Shown: positions 38,156-50,973 of the stretch, piece after piece | Position numbering within the stretch: the stretch's first letter is position 1 | Layout: the number at the start of each line of letters is the position of its first letter | Origin: Nageia nagi | Lineage: Eukaryota > Plantae > Pinophyta | Direction of reading: 5' to 3' | Length of the DNA: 64,000 bases | NCBI GenBank assembly: GCA_050084985.1 | Contig: JBITNC010000001.1 | Span: 184,264,001-184,328,000 of the forward strand | Made by a program: the position numbers and the translations under genes | Notes under the pieces: model-generated | Databases searched by the model: none | What the model was told of the DNA's origin: nothing | What the model saw: only the letters and a program-made list of their open reading frames with translations

Positions 38156-38852
38156 TGTAGACCCTAAATTTTGTAAAATACAATTTATAAAATGATCTAC
38201 AATATAAGAAGAGATATATGTGTACAATATATCATATACAATAAATATACATGAAAAAACATGTACTTGATATGAAGTGTATTTTCAATCCTTAAAATCA
38301 AATATTAATGAATCTTTAGAGTATTAGGATTGAATTGGAGGTGAGATCATTATGGATCTTCATATGTATGATTCAATATCCTTGTCAACCATAATCTACA
38401 ATCCTTGATTCTCAAGATGTATCCATTAACAACATTGAATATGTATAATTATGAAGTGCACCAAAGATAGAAAGTTTCAAAGCTCAGAGCATAACAATTT
38501 CTCATAATAGGTAGCATCAAGATACATTGTTGCTTGATGAATATTATGGTATAAAACTACCTATCATAGATCTTATCATATCAAAGAGGAGTTCAACCTA
38601 TTCCACTTGCATATATAGCCTACAAATACCTGGAAAGTAGTGAAGACCAACATTTAGCAATAATATAATCATTGTTGTATTAAAGATACTTTAAAATGTG
38701 AACCATGATAGATAATATAGCATTTAATATAATAGGTGGCATTGCATTGTAATATCAACTTTATCTTGACATTTGTAATATTGCAATAAGTCATTTAGGA
38801 ATTCTAAATATGATTTATTAAATAAATAATAAATCGGTTTTAGGCATCTACA
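38156..38852 (-). repeat. 5' LTR of element C
   Basis: Colinear with 32933-33642. Confidence 0.88.
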
Positions 38853-40400
38853 GTTACCATTTTTATTATAACATTTTTTTATCATTGTTGTTATTTTTCT
38901 TATGTAACTTGCTATCACTCAATTGAATATTAACTCCCTCAATGAGTTTTTCTTATGCTAGTTCTTCCTCAAAAGATTTATGTTGTTGTATTTGTAAGAT
39001 AGGAGATATTTTCTTATTACCACTTTTGCTAAATAGTTTTATCAAATCTTCTTATGTAAAGGAATACTTCAAATACATCATGATTTCTCTCCATAGTGAA
39101 ACATATTCATTGATTGATTCATAATCAAATTATTATATTATATTCAACTTTGTGATGGATGCTCTCTTTCTCATGTAGATGGAAAAATGTTCCAATAACA
39201 AATTAGCCAATTGTTGAAAAGAGTAAATTATATGTTGATGTAAGTTTTTGTATCAATCTAAAGTTTGGTCCCCAAGTGTAATAGAAAATATCCTGAGTAT
39301 AATATAGTCATCATTTGATATAATATAGCAAGAGCAATTGAAATATATCAAATATTCCCTTGGTCAATCCTCTTTTCCTTTATATTGTTTCATCTTTGGA
39401 ATATAAAATTTGTAAGGAGATAATTTGGTTGGAGCCATGGGATTGATACATTCATTGGCAATTGATTGATATGATACTTTGCTCTTGCTTTTACTATTGA
39501 TTATCAATTCCATATCTTGTAACCTCCTTAAGATGTCATCATTCATTGTTGAAGGTTGTTGCTTTGCCATCTTTTGTATTTAATAATTTGGTTGATGGCC
39601 TTATCACATGCTTTACCCCAATGGTTGATTCCATTTTTATTAGGAATAAATTGACTTTGTGTGCTGATTTTGTTAATAAGATATTTGATTAATATATCCT
39701 TGAATTTGATCATGAAATGTTGGTTAATTCAAAATATGCTGATACTTGATTGATTTTGTTCATGATTGTAAGGATCTTGTTGATATGATTGATTCACATT
39801 TTGATTTATTTTGATTTAAAATCCTCAAAGGTTTGATATTTAAAATCACCCCTAGACTTTTCACTTTCAAAATTTGTTTATCAAGATTTTATTGAAATAT
39901 AAATGTGTCTAAACGTTGATGTGAGGCTATTTGTTGCAAAGGTTAACATTGAAATTGACTTGTTGAAACATGTGGTGATGGTGATATAAAAGATGATTGA
40001 GGAACCATATATGAAGATAAAGTAAATTGAGGATAAATTAGTTCCTTCTAAATCCAATTCTAATCATAATATGGATAATGAAGAAAATCATGATGTTGAG
40101 TATTAAAACTATGACTCACATGTGGTAGACAATAGGATTATTGCATGCTTTGTTGTTTTTGAATTTTCTTAAGTTTAAAGTTCTCACAAAGAAATACCAA
40201 TTGATGTTTAACCATAAAATTATTCATAAATTGCTCTTGTGATTATTAAGGAATATATTAAAATTAAGGATTATTTATGATTTTAAGAGCATTGGATGAA
40301 TGATGAGAATGTTCTTGTCTTGAATGTTGAAATTTTATGTGTTTGATTCTTGGTTAACTTCCTGGTTTTCCTCAAGTTCCCTAATCCTAGCCTTAGACCC
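38853..40400 (-). pseudogene. Host element B gag relic, 5' part
   Basis: ORF 39364-39570 (NDDILRRLQDME...FYIPKMKQYKGKED) matches 11210-11400; 38860-39070 matches 27554-27750. Upper boundary approximate. Confidence 0.65.
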
Positions 40401-43066
40401 CATTTCAACTACCATATTCACATGAGGTTCTTTATCAAAATTTCAAGGACCAACTAGTCTATATGAAGCCAAGGTATATATGGGAAGAAAAACATGATTA
40501 AAAGGTAATAAGATACAAGATGTCAATGGTTCTAAGAAAGATAAATAAATAAATACCAAACCTAGATTTTGTTAAGATATTTTTAACATATGTAGTATTA
40601 AGAAAAATAATCCTAATGCTCTTTCAAGAGATAACAATGATAAAAATACATCAATGGTTATTTAATCCTATCTAATTGCTTCTTGTTCAATTGATATTTT
40701 ATCTTTTTAGTAAGAATTTATTTTAATAAATTGATCTCTTAAGTATTTTTCCCTATGATTAATATACCAAGTGTTTAACAGGTTAAGGCTCAATATCTAG
40801 AGGTGTATATCACTTAAGACAAGTATCCTACATTCGGAGTGAAGTGCAAGTGTAAGTAAGTGTTATTATTGCAAAATTACACACTAAAAGGGGTAACATT
40901 CTTTACATTCACTATTCTTTCATTTATTCATTTCTTTCCCAATAAAACCCCTTATTTCATTCCCGCTCCTTATTCCCCTTTTATTTCATATGTAAATACT
41001 TGTATAAGTTTAGTTGTCAATGAAAATTGTATGTGCTTACTCTTCATTTAAAAATTCTTATGTATTTTTGGGTCATATTTGTATTATTAGGCCTTAGTTA
41101 GGGAAATGTCACTTAAGACCACCATTTTGTTTCAAGGCAAGTGTTGTTTGTACAAAGTAGAATGGGTCATATCTAGGATCTGTGTATAAGTCATAAAGTA
41201 AAGAGTCTCCATTTTGTCAAATTGGGTAAGTAATTTCTAGGATTCTAATAATTCTAATTTGTATATTGTTTCTGAGTATTATTATGTATAATCTATTTAT
41301 GTGTTTGACGTCAAGTCCAAGTCCTATCTTGAGTATTGTTATTTAGGTTTCAATATTGTATAGTTTGGGGGTTCTTTCCAAGCATTATTGTACATAATCA
41401 TTAGTCCTGGTCAAGTCATGTAATGGGCATTGTTGTTAAAATCAAGAGGAATAGGGCTCGTGAAAATCTAGAGGTGATATCATACTATTCAATGGAAATC
41501 AATAGGCTTCAGATAACTTACTTAGTGGATGCTTCCAATAGTTCTTCATGATGGGAGTTATTCACAACTCTATATTCAGTAGATCCTACCAATTTTGAGC
41601 AATGAAATCACACCTTTTTAAAGAAATCAATGGGTGATAAATATCTCAGGTTTCAACAATACCTTTTGATGTGTAATAAAACTTGCCACAAGCAAGTAAA
41701 GACTGTAAGAAGAGGTGAACACTTGGGTCCATTTAATCAAGAGTGTGTGACCCATAGGACTTTTCCAATGTGTTGACTATAACTCATTTCCACATGGTAG
41801 TAGTAGTTCACTCTCAGGCTTGAATGGTATATCCTTCTTCACCCTTATGGTGGTCAGCATAAGAACTATGGAAGAAGCATTTAATGATCACAAAGAGTTG
41901 GTAGATTTTTGATTGATTAATCAACTTAATTGTACATAAAGAGATGGTGAACCATACCTCATAAATTCAAGGATAGTTCAAATGTATCATGGTTAGCAGA
42001 TAAAGGATGAATGATTATGGCTAGATTGGTACATGATTGAAGGTTTGTAAATTTTAAGAATTGGCATTGCATTAATACCATAATCCATAATTAGTCATAG
42101 TTGTACATTTTATTATACATGATTATAAATATTTATTTTCATTTAGTTCTTAGTCAAAGAGGTAGTTGTAGTTATAAATGTTGGGTAGCTACCCATTTTG
42201 TAAAGGAAATATTATAAATAGTGGACTGTTTGAGGTCTAAAAGGTCAAACATTTTAGCAAATTTGCCTAGTGTAAGCTCTATTTTCATATATGATAATGC
42301 AATACTATGATATTTTTCCCTCTACATTTTTTGGCTATTATATTTCTTTGTAATTGTTATGCATGAAGCTTAGTTCTAAGTTGTGGTTGTGTATTGCATT
42401 TATGATACCCCAAGTGTGAGGTTGTTGTGCTATTATTAGTCTTGGCTATGGATTACTGCCTATGTGGTGATATCCAATATGACTAGTTTAGTTTGTTTGT
42501 TATTTGATTTTCTCACTCTGTAGATTAGATTTTGATCTCTTTCCTATTACTTTTGACTTTTTGTATCTCTTTTCTACAACTTTTGACCTTTTTCATAGAT
42601 AGGAACTAGATTATAACCTAGAGATTGAGCAAAAAAAAACCCCATGAGTGCATTTTCCCATCACTTTTTTCTCTTTTAAGAACCCTATAATTATTTGGTA
42701 ATGGAGGACTCACCAGACCAAACCTTTAGGTTACATCATACTAATCAATAGTAGTACTCATTCATTTTTGGCACACAGAGACTAAAATTAGTTGAAGAAT
42801 AAGATCATGGGTATGAAGTCCATGTATAAGCCTAGGATTATGATGTTAATATATTATTGAAATCAAAATGATAATACAACTAGATAGATATAATTTTTTC
42901 CTTCACATAATAATAGACATTCCCTCCTAAAATTGATATTTTTCACTAGTTCAAATCTAACAAAGTAAGATTAATGAGCACACAGAGAAAATAATCTAAG
43001 TTAGAGAATACAAAGAGACTTTATAACCAACTTGAAGGCTCTAGTTCCAATCAAAAATCATGCAAT

Positions 43067-43246
43067 TTATGAGATACAATCTATTTTACAACTTTCTATT
43101 TAATGAAACACACACACAAGTTTGACCAAATAGTGCCAATCAATAACTTGATCAACAATCAAATGTCTAATCATAGTTGCACCTAGATAAAATTTTAAAA
43201 ATAAATATTAAAGCAATAATAGCCTATAATAAGGATATAATAAATA
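43067..43246 (+). repeat. Dispersed copy of the sequence upstream of CASPL copy 2
   Basis: TTTATGAGATACAATCTATTT...CACACACAAGTTTGACCA...TATTAAAGC.ATAATAGCCTAT.ATAAGGAT.TAATAAA matches 50445-50602. Confidence 0.8.
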
Positions 43247-43906
43247 GTACATAAATCTTGATAAATGAATTTTATCCCTTAGCTATAGACTTTGAACTAA
43301 TAAAATTTGGTGAAATATGTTCTAAAATGCTCAAACATTTATGATAGAACCAATTAGTCCTTTGAGATCCGACCTTGAAGGATTAGTCATCTATCCAAAT
43401 AGTCAATAAGATTGTTAGTACGATTAGATAGGTTTAGTTTGATGCAAGCTAATAAGAAAATTACAAGGAAAAAAACTTCCAAGATTTGTAGATTTAACTT
43501 TGATCACCCTCAAGATGTTTCTCTGGAAAACATAGAAAACTTCAATGACCAAAACTCACTAAAATAATTGAAATAAGGATCAAAATAAAAAATCATAAAA
43601 GATAAAGATATGTTTTTGAAACTCCTCAAGATCTCAATGAATTAAGTTTGACCAAGGGGTCCTACCATGATCACCATTTTGCAAGCATATAAATCCTACA
43701 CAATTAGAAGTTAGGGTGCAATTCATAACAAAACCTTAAGATATAGGTATTTACTTATATAAATTTTTGTTAGAGTTTATATTATGTTAAATTGTGAGAT
43801 ATGGGGATGAAAGATGGAGTGCTTTTGATGTACTTCCTTCTTAGGTATCTAAAGAACACCTGTATAATAAATTATGTTAGAGGAATCCTCTAATCCCAAG
43901 TCATTA

Positions 43907-45033
43907 TGTAATGCCACTTTTATAAAATATAATTAATTATGGAATCCTATGGATTCCCCTTTGTAAATATTTATTTATTTAATTACACATTAGTTGTTAG
44001 TACTTAGGATAGAAATTATAAAGGTCCGTTGGACCCCACTATGAGCCCCAAGTGGGACATATTCCTCCCAAGTATAGGCTAGCATGATTTAATATTATTT
44101 TATGTACTTAAATATCCCAAGAATTGATTATGAGAATCCCAAAGCCTTATATGAGCATGTAAATAGGATCTAGGCACATGTATACTCCTAGAAACCTAAT
44201 GCATGACATGGGGGACTTCTAGGACCCCAAATTTGGACTTGGAGGCATCTCATCACCCCAAGGGGCCCACATCATACCTTAGGGAGGCTCTACACCCCAT
44301 GCATGGGCATTTATGATATGTTTTATGCTTTTAAGTGCCCCTAGGAGGCTAACATCAAGTATACCAGGTGTGGATGATTTTGAGGTGATGTTCTAGATCC
44401 AAGCTTGAGCTATATTAGGTGTTGGAGCATCATTACATGGGGATACCTGATTTGATAATATTTCTCCTACCATCTAGTGGAGACAAGTCTTGGTGCAATG
44501 TTAAGCAATATTCCCCTAGGTTCAACATATAAGAGGCTTAGCACATTGAGGGATCTTGCTAATCTATGGCCAAGATATATTATCTTAGTCCATTTAATGA
44601 TATTCTGAGGTTACACTTCTACCTTTAGTGGTTTTTCAAGAATGGGAGTTCTGTAGTAGAGCATCCAATCTTGAGGGAGTGAGGTTTTTCCATATGTGGT
44701 ACTAGCATTGATTGCATTAGTATGTTTTGTTGTGCCCTAGTTGGCTCCTTGGAGGCCAACATTAAGCTATTTGGAGCTAGTATTGTATCATTTATCATTC
44801 TTCATCATTAATACAACTATGGGCATCTTAGATATTAGTATTTATATCAATGTGTGATATGTATGCTTTCATAATTGTAACGTTGGGGTGTTCTAATGCA
44901 TTCATGCTTATTTATATGATACATTGGCATTTTAGGATTATTTATGCTTAATTTTAATGCTTTAGTTAGGATGTGGGTGCATATTTTGTTATATTTGATT
45001 ATTTGCACTTGAGATTATATTTGGTATATTACA
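43907..45033 (+). repeat. 5' LTR of element D
   Basis: TGTAAT...TTACA; colinear with 49056-50183. Confidence 0.9.
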
Positions 45034-46420
45034 ATGGTATCAGAGCTTAGATATAATCAACCTATGAATGAGACCTATATTTCACAGCTATAATACCATA
45101 TCTAGCACTAGGAGAGATATGTCTTCAACTAAGAAGAGTTGAAATATGCAACATGATCAAACCCCAAGTAGAACCACTCAAGATGAGAATAGTAGACCCT
45201 AGATGGATGGCATTCCAGATAGGGAAACTTTTGATTAAGAGAATGAAATGGAAAGAGGTAGATCCATATTGACTAGGAGAAGAAGCTCTACCCTAGCTAG
45301 AGAGTCCATACTAGAGAGGAAGTTCAACGAACTCATTTTGACCATACATAATATGATGTGTAATGACCATCATGTAGAATCAAATGACCACTATAAATAA
45401 TTTCATTAGAGGTCAAGAATCTCCAAAAGGGCATGTGAGCCCTCCATGTCCTACTCCAAATGAAGAATAAGAACCAAGGGAGAAGTAGAATGGAGAGGGA
45501 GTCGAGTTTAAGGAGATCATACAACTTGAGAGATAGAGGTTCCACTCATCATGGATCCATGGGTCACCAAGAGCATGCATTTTATAGGTCTTATTCTCAT
45601 AAAGCTCCTAGGGGAAATAACCCTCTCCTAGGTAGATTCTTGGAAGAGGATATTGCAAAGATAAAAGAGCAACCCATCATTCTAAAACCATCCAAACCCA
45701 TGTTCACCAAGAGATTCACCTATGAGGTAAAAAATTGGATCCCCAATCCTCTTGAGTTGAATCAGATCTTTAGAGAATATTCCATGTTAGATCTAGGATT
45801 GAGGAGGGATATGAATTTCAATGGATATATGGATATATTAGGTTTAAATGGAAGTAGCTCTCATGTCACAGACTCCCAAATAAATTTATAGGGTGACAAG
45901 AGAGAGTTACAATAGAAAATCAACAAAATACAGGTGCCCATGTATGATGGAAAGAAGATGACAGGTAGGGCTTATCTCCATCAATTTTAGATCACCCTAA
46001 GTTTGAACATGTTGGAGGAGTATGCAATTCATTTTGCATCATTACATTTTGAGGGAGATTCCCTCAAATTGTGGTAGCATGGAGTGATCAGTCAGGATTA
46101 CTCCCACATCTCCTCTTTTGATGAGTTTTGTTGAAGGTTAGTAAAGAGGTTTAACATAAAGAAGGAAAATGACTACTTTAGAGAGTTAACATCTCTAAAG
46201 AAATAGGGTATGATGGATGAATATGTATTAGAATTCTAGAAAATTGTAGTCCTGATCCACAACATCCCCAAGGAGAGATTAACCTTCCTCTTCATAGAAG
46301 GGTTGATGAAATCATTGTAGGGAATGGTAAAGGTATCAACCCCATGAAACCTTGATGATGTAATTAGGATCACGTATGACTTAGATCCAATGATGATGTT
46401 CCTAAAGAGAGGGTAGACAT

Positions 46421-46911
46421 TGAAGGATTTGAACTAGATCTAAACAAATCCTCTAGGACCTTAGACTAGAAAACTCAAGTGTACACAAGATAACACAATC
46501 ACTCAAGATAACACATCAATATAATGTGGTTCCTCCCTCCTTGGGAGTACATCCACAACTAGTTCTCTATTCTCAAATCTATGTCTCTCTTACAACTATT
46601 CTCTAGCTCTCTCCTACACAACCAAGTAAAGTAAACTTACTCCAAAACTTAGATGTATTTACAAGAGGAGAGGCCCTCTATTTATAGCTTGAGAGCACCT
46701 CCCTAACCTCCCTTTAACCCAAGGGTAAGGTTAGGGTTACATTAAATGTGTGACCTAACTTTAACCTACCAACTAACCCCATGGTTAGGTCAAAGTCCAC
46801 ACATAATAAAGAATTCAATTAATCCCTTAAGGTATCTACATATCCTTTAAGTGATTAATTGAACTTACAAGGAGTTTAGATATTCACAATATTTCATTAC
46901 AAATTCTAACA
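46421..46911 (-). mobile_element. Solo LTR nested in element D gag
   Basis: TG...CA termini; perfect TSD GACAT (46416-46420, 46912-46916); TATA box TATAAATAGAGG on the minus strand (~46686-46675). Confidence 0.85.
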
Positions 46912-47023
46912 GACATAAAAGGGGAAGGTCACTTGAAATTCAATTGCAAAGAAAGAAGGTCCTAACAAGTTTAAACCCTTTCCCCCTCCTCAAATAGGTC
47001 AGTTAGATGCAGCTACTAGGAGG

Positions 47024-47466
47024 TGTTGGAAATTGTAATGTAATATTGTTTAATATTTCTCTTTAATGTAAATTCACCTAATGCTTAAGGTATCTTTTAG
47101 ATATCTTAAAGCATTAAGAGAATAAATATATAAAGAGGAATAAATATAGAAACACCTTTAACCTTACCCTTGGATAAAAGGAAGGTTAAAGGGTTAGTTT
47201 CTTCTTATAAATAGAGAGGTACCCCTCTCATTATGTAATTGATGAAGCATGGTAATGATTATCTTGAGAATTTGTAGGAGAGTTATCTTATGAGAAGTAA
47301 TAGAATGATGGTTCAAAGTGGATGGACTCCCAAGAGATGGAAGAACCATTATACATGATGTGTTATTTTTTTGTGATTGATTATTGCTTTGCTTAAAGGA
47401 TGAATGTTAGATTTGTTGGAGAAGCTTCAAGGTGATCTTAGTTTATGGAATCCTTTAATTCCATCA
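47024..47466 (+). mobile_element. Solo LTR nested in element D gag (same family as 46421-46911, opposite strand)
   Basis: TG...CA termini; TSD GGAGG/AGAGG; TATAAATAGAG at ~47206; shares TGTT.GAA.TTGTAATG.AATATTGT and TAACCTTACCCTTGG with the reverse complement of the neighbouring solo LTR. Confidence 0.8.
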
Positions 47467-48134
47467 AGAGGAAATTGAGAGAAGGTAAATGCTTCTATTG
47501 TAATAAGACATGGGAGCTAGGACACCATTTCTAAGGTAAAGGATAGGTGCACTACATTTAAGTGCTTTTGAATGGAGAGGAGAAATATTCAAATCTAGAT
47601 CTTGGTATGAACATGTTGTACCAAGAGGCACCCAAGGTAGAGGCATCACTTGGTAGCATGATTGTTTCACTCCATGCAGTGAAAAACTATCTCATGTTGA
47701 AGGTGGTTGGGCAAGCAGGTGGTCAAGATGTGATGTTCTTAATATATCCTAGATCCTCTTATAATTTTATTTATGAAGATTTTGTGGAGAAAAAGGGCCT
47801 CAAGACCAAGGGGTTTAAAGAATTCAAAGTTTCCAATTCCAATGGGAAACTCACACTGGTAGACCAAATCATGGAGAGATTTGGAGTGAGGTTACAAAGC
47901 TACACAATGAGAGAATACTTTTGTGTATATTCATTTAATGGATATCCTCACATCATCTTGGGTGTATAGTGGTTATTTGAACTAGGTGGCATTCACACCA
48001 ACTATAAGAATCTCACCATGAGTTTTGACATTAATGGTAAAACCTACACTCTATAGGGAATCTGAGATAATTTCCCACAAGTCACCAACAAGATATTGGA
48101 GGTGATTATGAAAGAGGATGAATCAAGGTTGGGT

Positions 48135-48620
48135 GAGGAGGTAATATGGCATCCCATGTTGGACATGAAGGAGCCTTGGTACTTTACGTTGAGCAATGAG
48201 GAGCTTTTACATCCCATGTTGGGCTTAGAGAGGTTAGGGCACCCAAAATCATACATGGAGGAGTTTTGGTACCCCACATTGGTCCTAGAGGATCTTAGGC
48301 ATCCAAAATCATACATGGAGGAGTCTTGGTATCCCATATTGGACCTGGAGAGGATTGGACACCTAACATGGGACATGGGGGAGTCTTGGTATCCCACATT
48401 ATACATGAGAAGTCTTATAATTCCACATTGGAAATGAGAGAACTTGGACATCCAACGATGGACATAGAGGAGTCTTAGCATTCCTGGTTGAGTATGGATG
48501 GGCCATAGCATCTCATGTTAGTCTTGGAAGGAGTCATACATCCCACATTGGATATAAGAGAGAACTAAATTCCCATGATGGAAATAGGAGTTTGGCACCC
48601 AACATTGAGTTTGGGGAATT
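48135..48620 (+). repeat. 30-bp tandem array (~16 units; 10-aa repeat EESWHPTLDM-like)
   Basis: Consensus GAGGAGTCTTGGYATCCCACATTGGACATG; ORF 48096-48437 shows a 10-residue period. Confidence 0.85.
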
Positions 48621-49055
48621 CTTGACAATAACCATGGAGAAAAGGTTCCACCTTTTTTCACTCATGCTTGCTCTTCTTGATATTTTTGCAAGTACATCTC
48701 TCAAGAATCTTCCACATGATCACTACCACAACTATTGCCTAGCATGAATGAATGCATCAAAATTTCTTCATACACTTGTGTTTTTTGAGCATTATTGCAC
48801 CAGAATTTTTATAGGTATTTTTGTGCTTAATGTGGATTACCATAAGCATATTGAACCTCAATAGTATATCAAAGTTTTTGCATACAACATTGATACGTGA
48901 GAATGGAATCCCAATGTTCATATAGGGTCTTCATTTATTGAAGTTGCATTCCACTTTAGTAGATTGCATTTGACAAATCCAAAGGATTATTGGAAGATAA
49001 TATTTTATGGTATTCTACAATTGCTTGAGGGAAAGAAATCAAAGAAGGAAGGTTT

Positions 49056-50183
49056 TCTAATTCCCCTTTTTTTAAATTATAATTAATTATGGAATCCTAT
49101 TGATTTCCCTTTGTAAGTATTTATTCATTTAATTATGCATTAGTTGTTAGTACTTAAGATAGAAATTATAAAGGTCCGTTGGACCCCACTATGAGCCCCA
49201 AGTGGGACGTCTTCCTCCTAAGCATAGGCTAACATGATCTAATGTTATTTAATGTACATGGATATCCCAAGAATTGATTGTGGGAATTCCAAGGCCTCAT
49301 ATGAGGATGTAAATAGGATCTAGGCACATGTATGACTCCTAGAAACCCAATGCATGACATGGGGGGATTTCTAGGATTCCAACGTTGGACTTGGACATAT
49401 CCCATCACCCTAAGAGGCCCATGTAACACCTTAGTGAGGCTCTACATCCCATGCATTGGCATTTATGATATGTTTGAGGTATTTAAGGGCCCCTAGAAGG
49501 CTAATGTTGGGTAGGCTAGGCATGGATGATTTCAAGGTGATGTTCTAGATCAAAGCTTGAGCTATATTATGTGTTGAAGCATTATTGCATGGGGATACCT
49601 AATTTAAAAATATTTCTCCTACCGTATATTGGAAACAATTTTTGGTATAACGTTAAGAAATATTTCGCTAGGTGCAACATCTAGGAGGGTTAGTGTACTG
49701 AGGGATCTCACTAATCTATGATTAAGGTGTAGCATCTTAGCCCATCGGGTGGCATTTCGAGTTCATGCTTCTACCTTCAATGGTTTCTAGGCATCAGAGT
49801 TCTACAATAGAGCATCCAAGACTGAGGGAGTAAGGTTGTCCCATCGGTGGTACCAGTAGTGATAACATTAGTATGCTCATTGTGCCCTAGTTGTCTCTTT
49901 AGAGACCAACATTGAGCCCTTTGGGCCAAGTATTATATCATTTTTCATTCTTCATCATTAATACATATATGGATATATTAGATCTCAGTATTTATATCTA
50001 TGTGTGATGTGTATACTTCTATACTTTCAACTTTGGGGTGTTTTGATGCATTCATACTTGTTTATGTGATACATTGGCATTGTGGGACTATTTATGCTTA
50101 ATTTTAATTCTCTAGTCCAAACATGGGTGCAAATTTGCTTGTATTTGATTATTTGCACTTGAGATTGTATTTGGAATTTTACA
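49056..50183 (+). repeat. 3' LTR of element D
   Basis: Preceded by purine tract AAAGAAGGAAGG; ends TTACA plus the TSD. Confidence 0.88.
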
Positions 50184-50739
50184 CATTATGACCTTGAATC
50201 CACTCAAGGTAGGGATAAACCCTAGCTAAAGATGATAATAAGCCTCCTTATTCACAATTACATAGATGATTATAAGATAATCTAAGATTCATATATACAT
50301 GTGATATGCTCTTTTGCTATTACTAATACTATATGATCTTTTGATATGCTTGGAAGACAATGATAATTATGAACACCCATAACGTTAATTCATCATGACT
50401 ATGCTAAACGATTATATGGTATGATCACACAATCATTGAATCTATTTATGAGATACAATCTATTTCTCAACTTTCTGTTTACTGAAAGACACACACAAGT
50501 TTGACCACACAGCCAATCAACAACTTTATCAAAATTGCATGTAGATAAAAATTTAAAAATGAATATTAAAGCGATAATAGCCTATGATAAGGATGTAATA
50601 AACAACTGTCGAGTATTTTACGCGTACCAGTTGGAAATTTCCACTTTGACATATTCAACACCTTTTATCATCTTGGAAAGTTGGAAATTTTCCTAATAAA
50701 ATATCAATTATCTAGTCATAAATTATCTCCAAAGATGTA

Positions 50740-50973
50740 GATAAGGTTAGTCCAAGTCTCCAATCCAACGGTTCCAAGATGTTTGGACTAATTTGGGCAG
50801 TGGCCAAGATGGTTCTTTTCAACTAATCCCTGTGAAGCTTTCTGGAAGCTCCGGCTACCCATCGAGGAAACAGTTCGTCTTCGCAAGCCGGCGCTGCCTT
50901 GGAAAACAATTCTCCTCGGTACATAACTATCTCCCGTACAATTACAAACACACATGCCCACAAATCTTTGCCC
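50740..50973 (+). promoter_or_regulatory. Proximal promoter/5' region of CASPL copy 2
   Basis: Homologous to 1500-1751 plus 1872-1898. TATA-like reduced to TACATAACTA (50920-50929). Confidence 0.55.

Larger units (their letters stand above)
32933..38852 (-). mobile_element. Internally deleted Ty3/gypsy (Tat-like) LTR element C
   Basis: LTRs 32933-33642 and 38156-38852 (TGTAGAC...TCTACA). TSD GTTAT/GTTAC. Minus-strand PBS-like TGGTGAACCC after the right LTR; PPT GAGGGGAAAAA before the left LTR. gag-like remnants (KFTKL...LIELP) and an integrase-tail GPY motif (~34015); no RT seen. Confidence 0.85.
43907..50183 (+). mobile_element. Non-autonomous Ty3/gypsy element D (gag plus protease only; TR-GAG-like)
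   Basis: LTRs 43907-45033 and 49056-50183; perfect TSD CATTA (43902-43906, 50184-50188); PBS TGGTATCAGAGC at 45035-45046. gag (PMYDGK..., LHFEGD), zinc knuckle REGKCFYCNKTWELGH and protease (V.FLI.PRSSYNFI...IILGV*WL) are present; no RT/RH/INT. Confidence 0.9.

Noticed and set aside
40840-42790. LTR-like stretch with TATA (TTATAAATAG ~42211)
   Set aside because: Could not define termini, TSD or a partner LTR.
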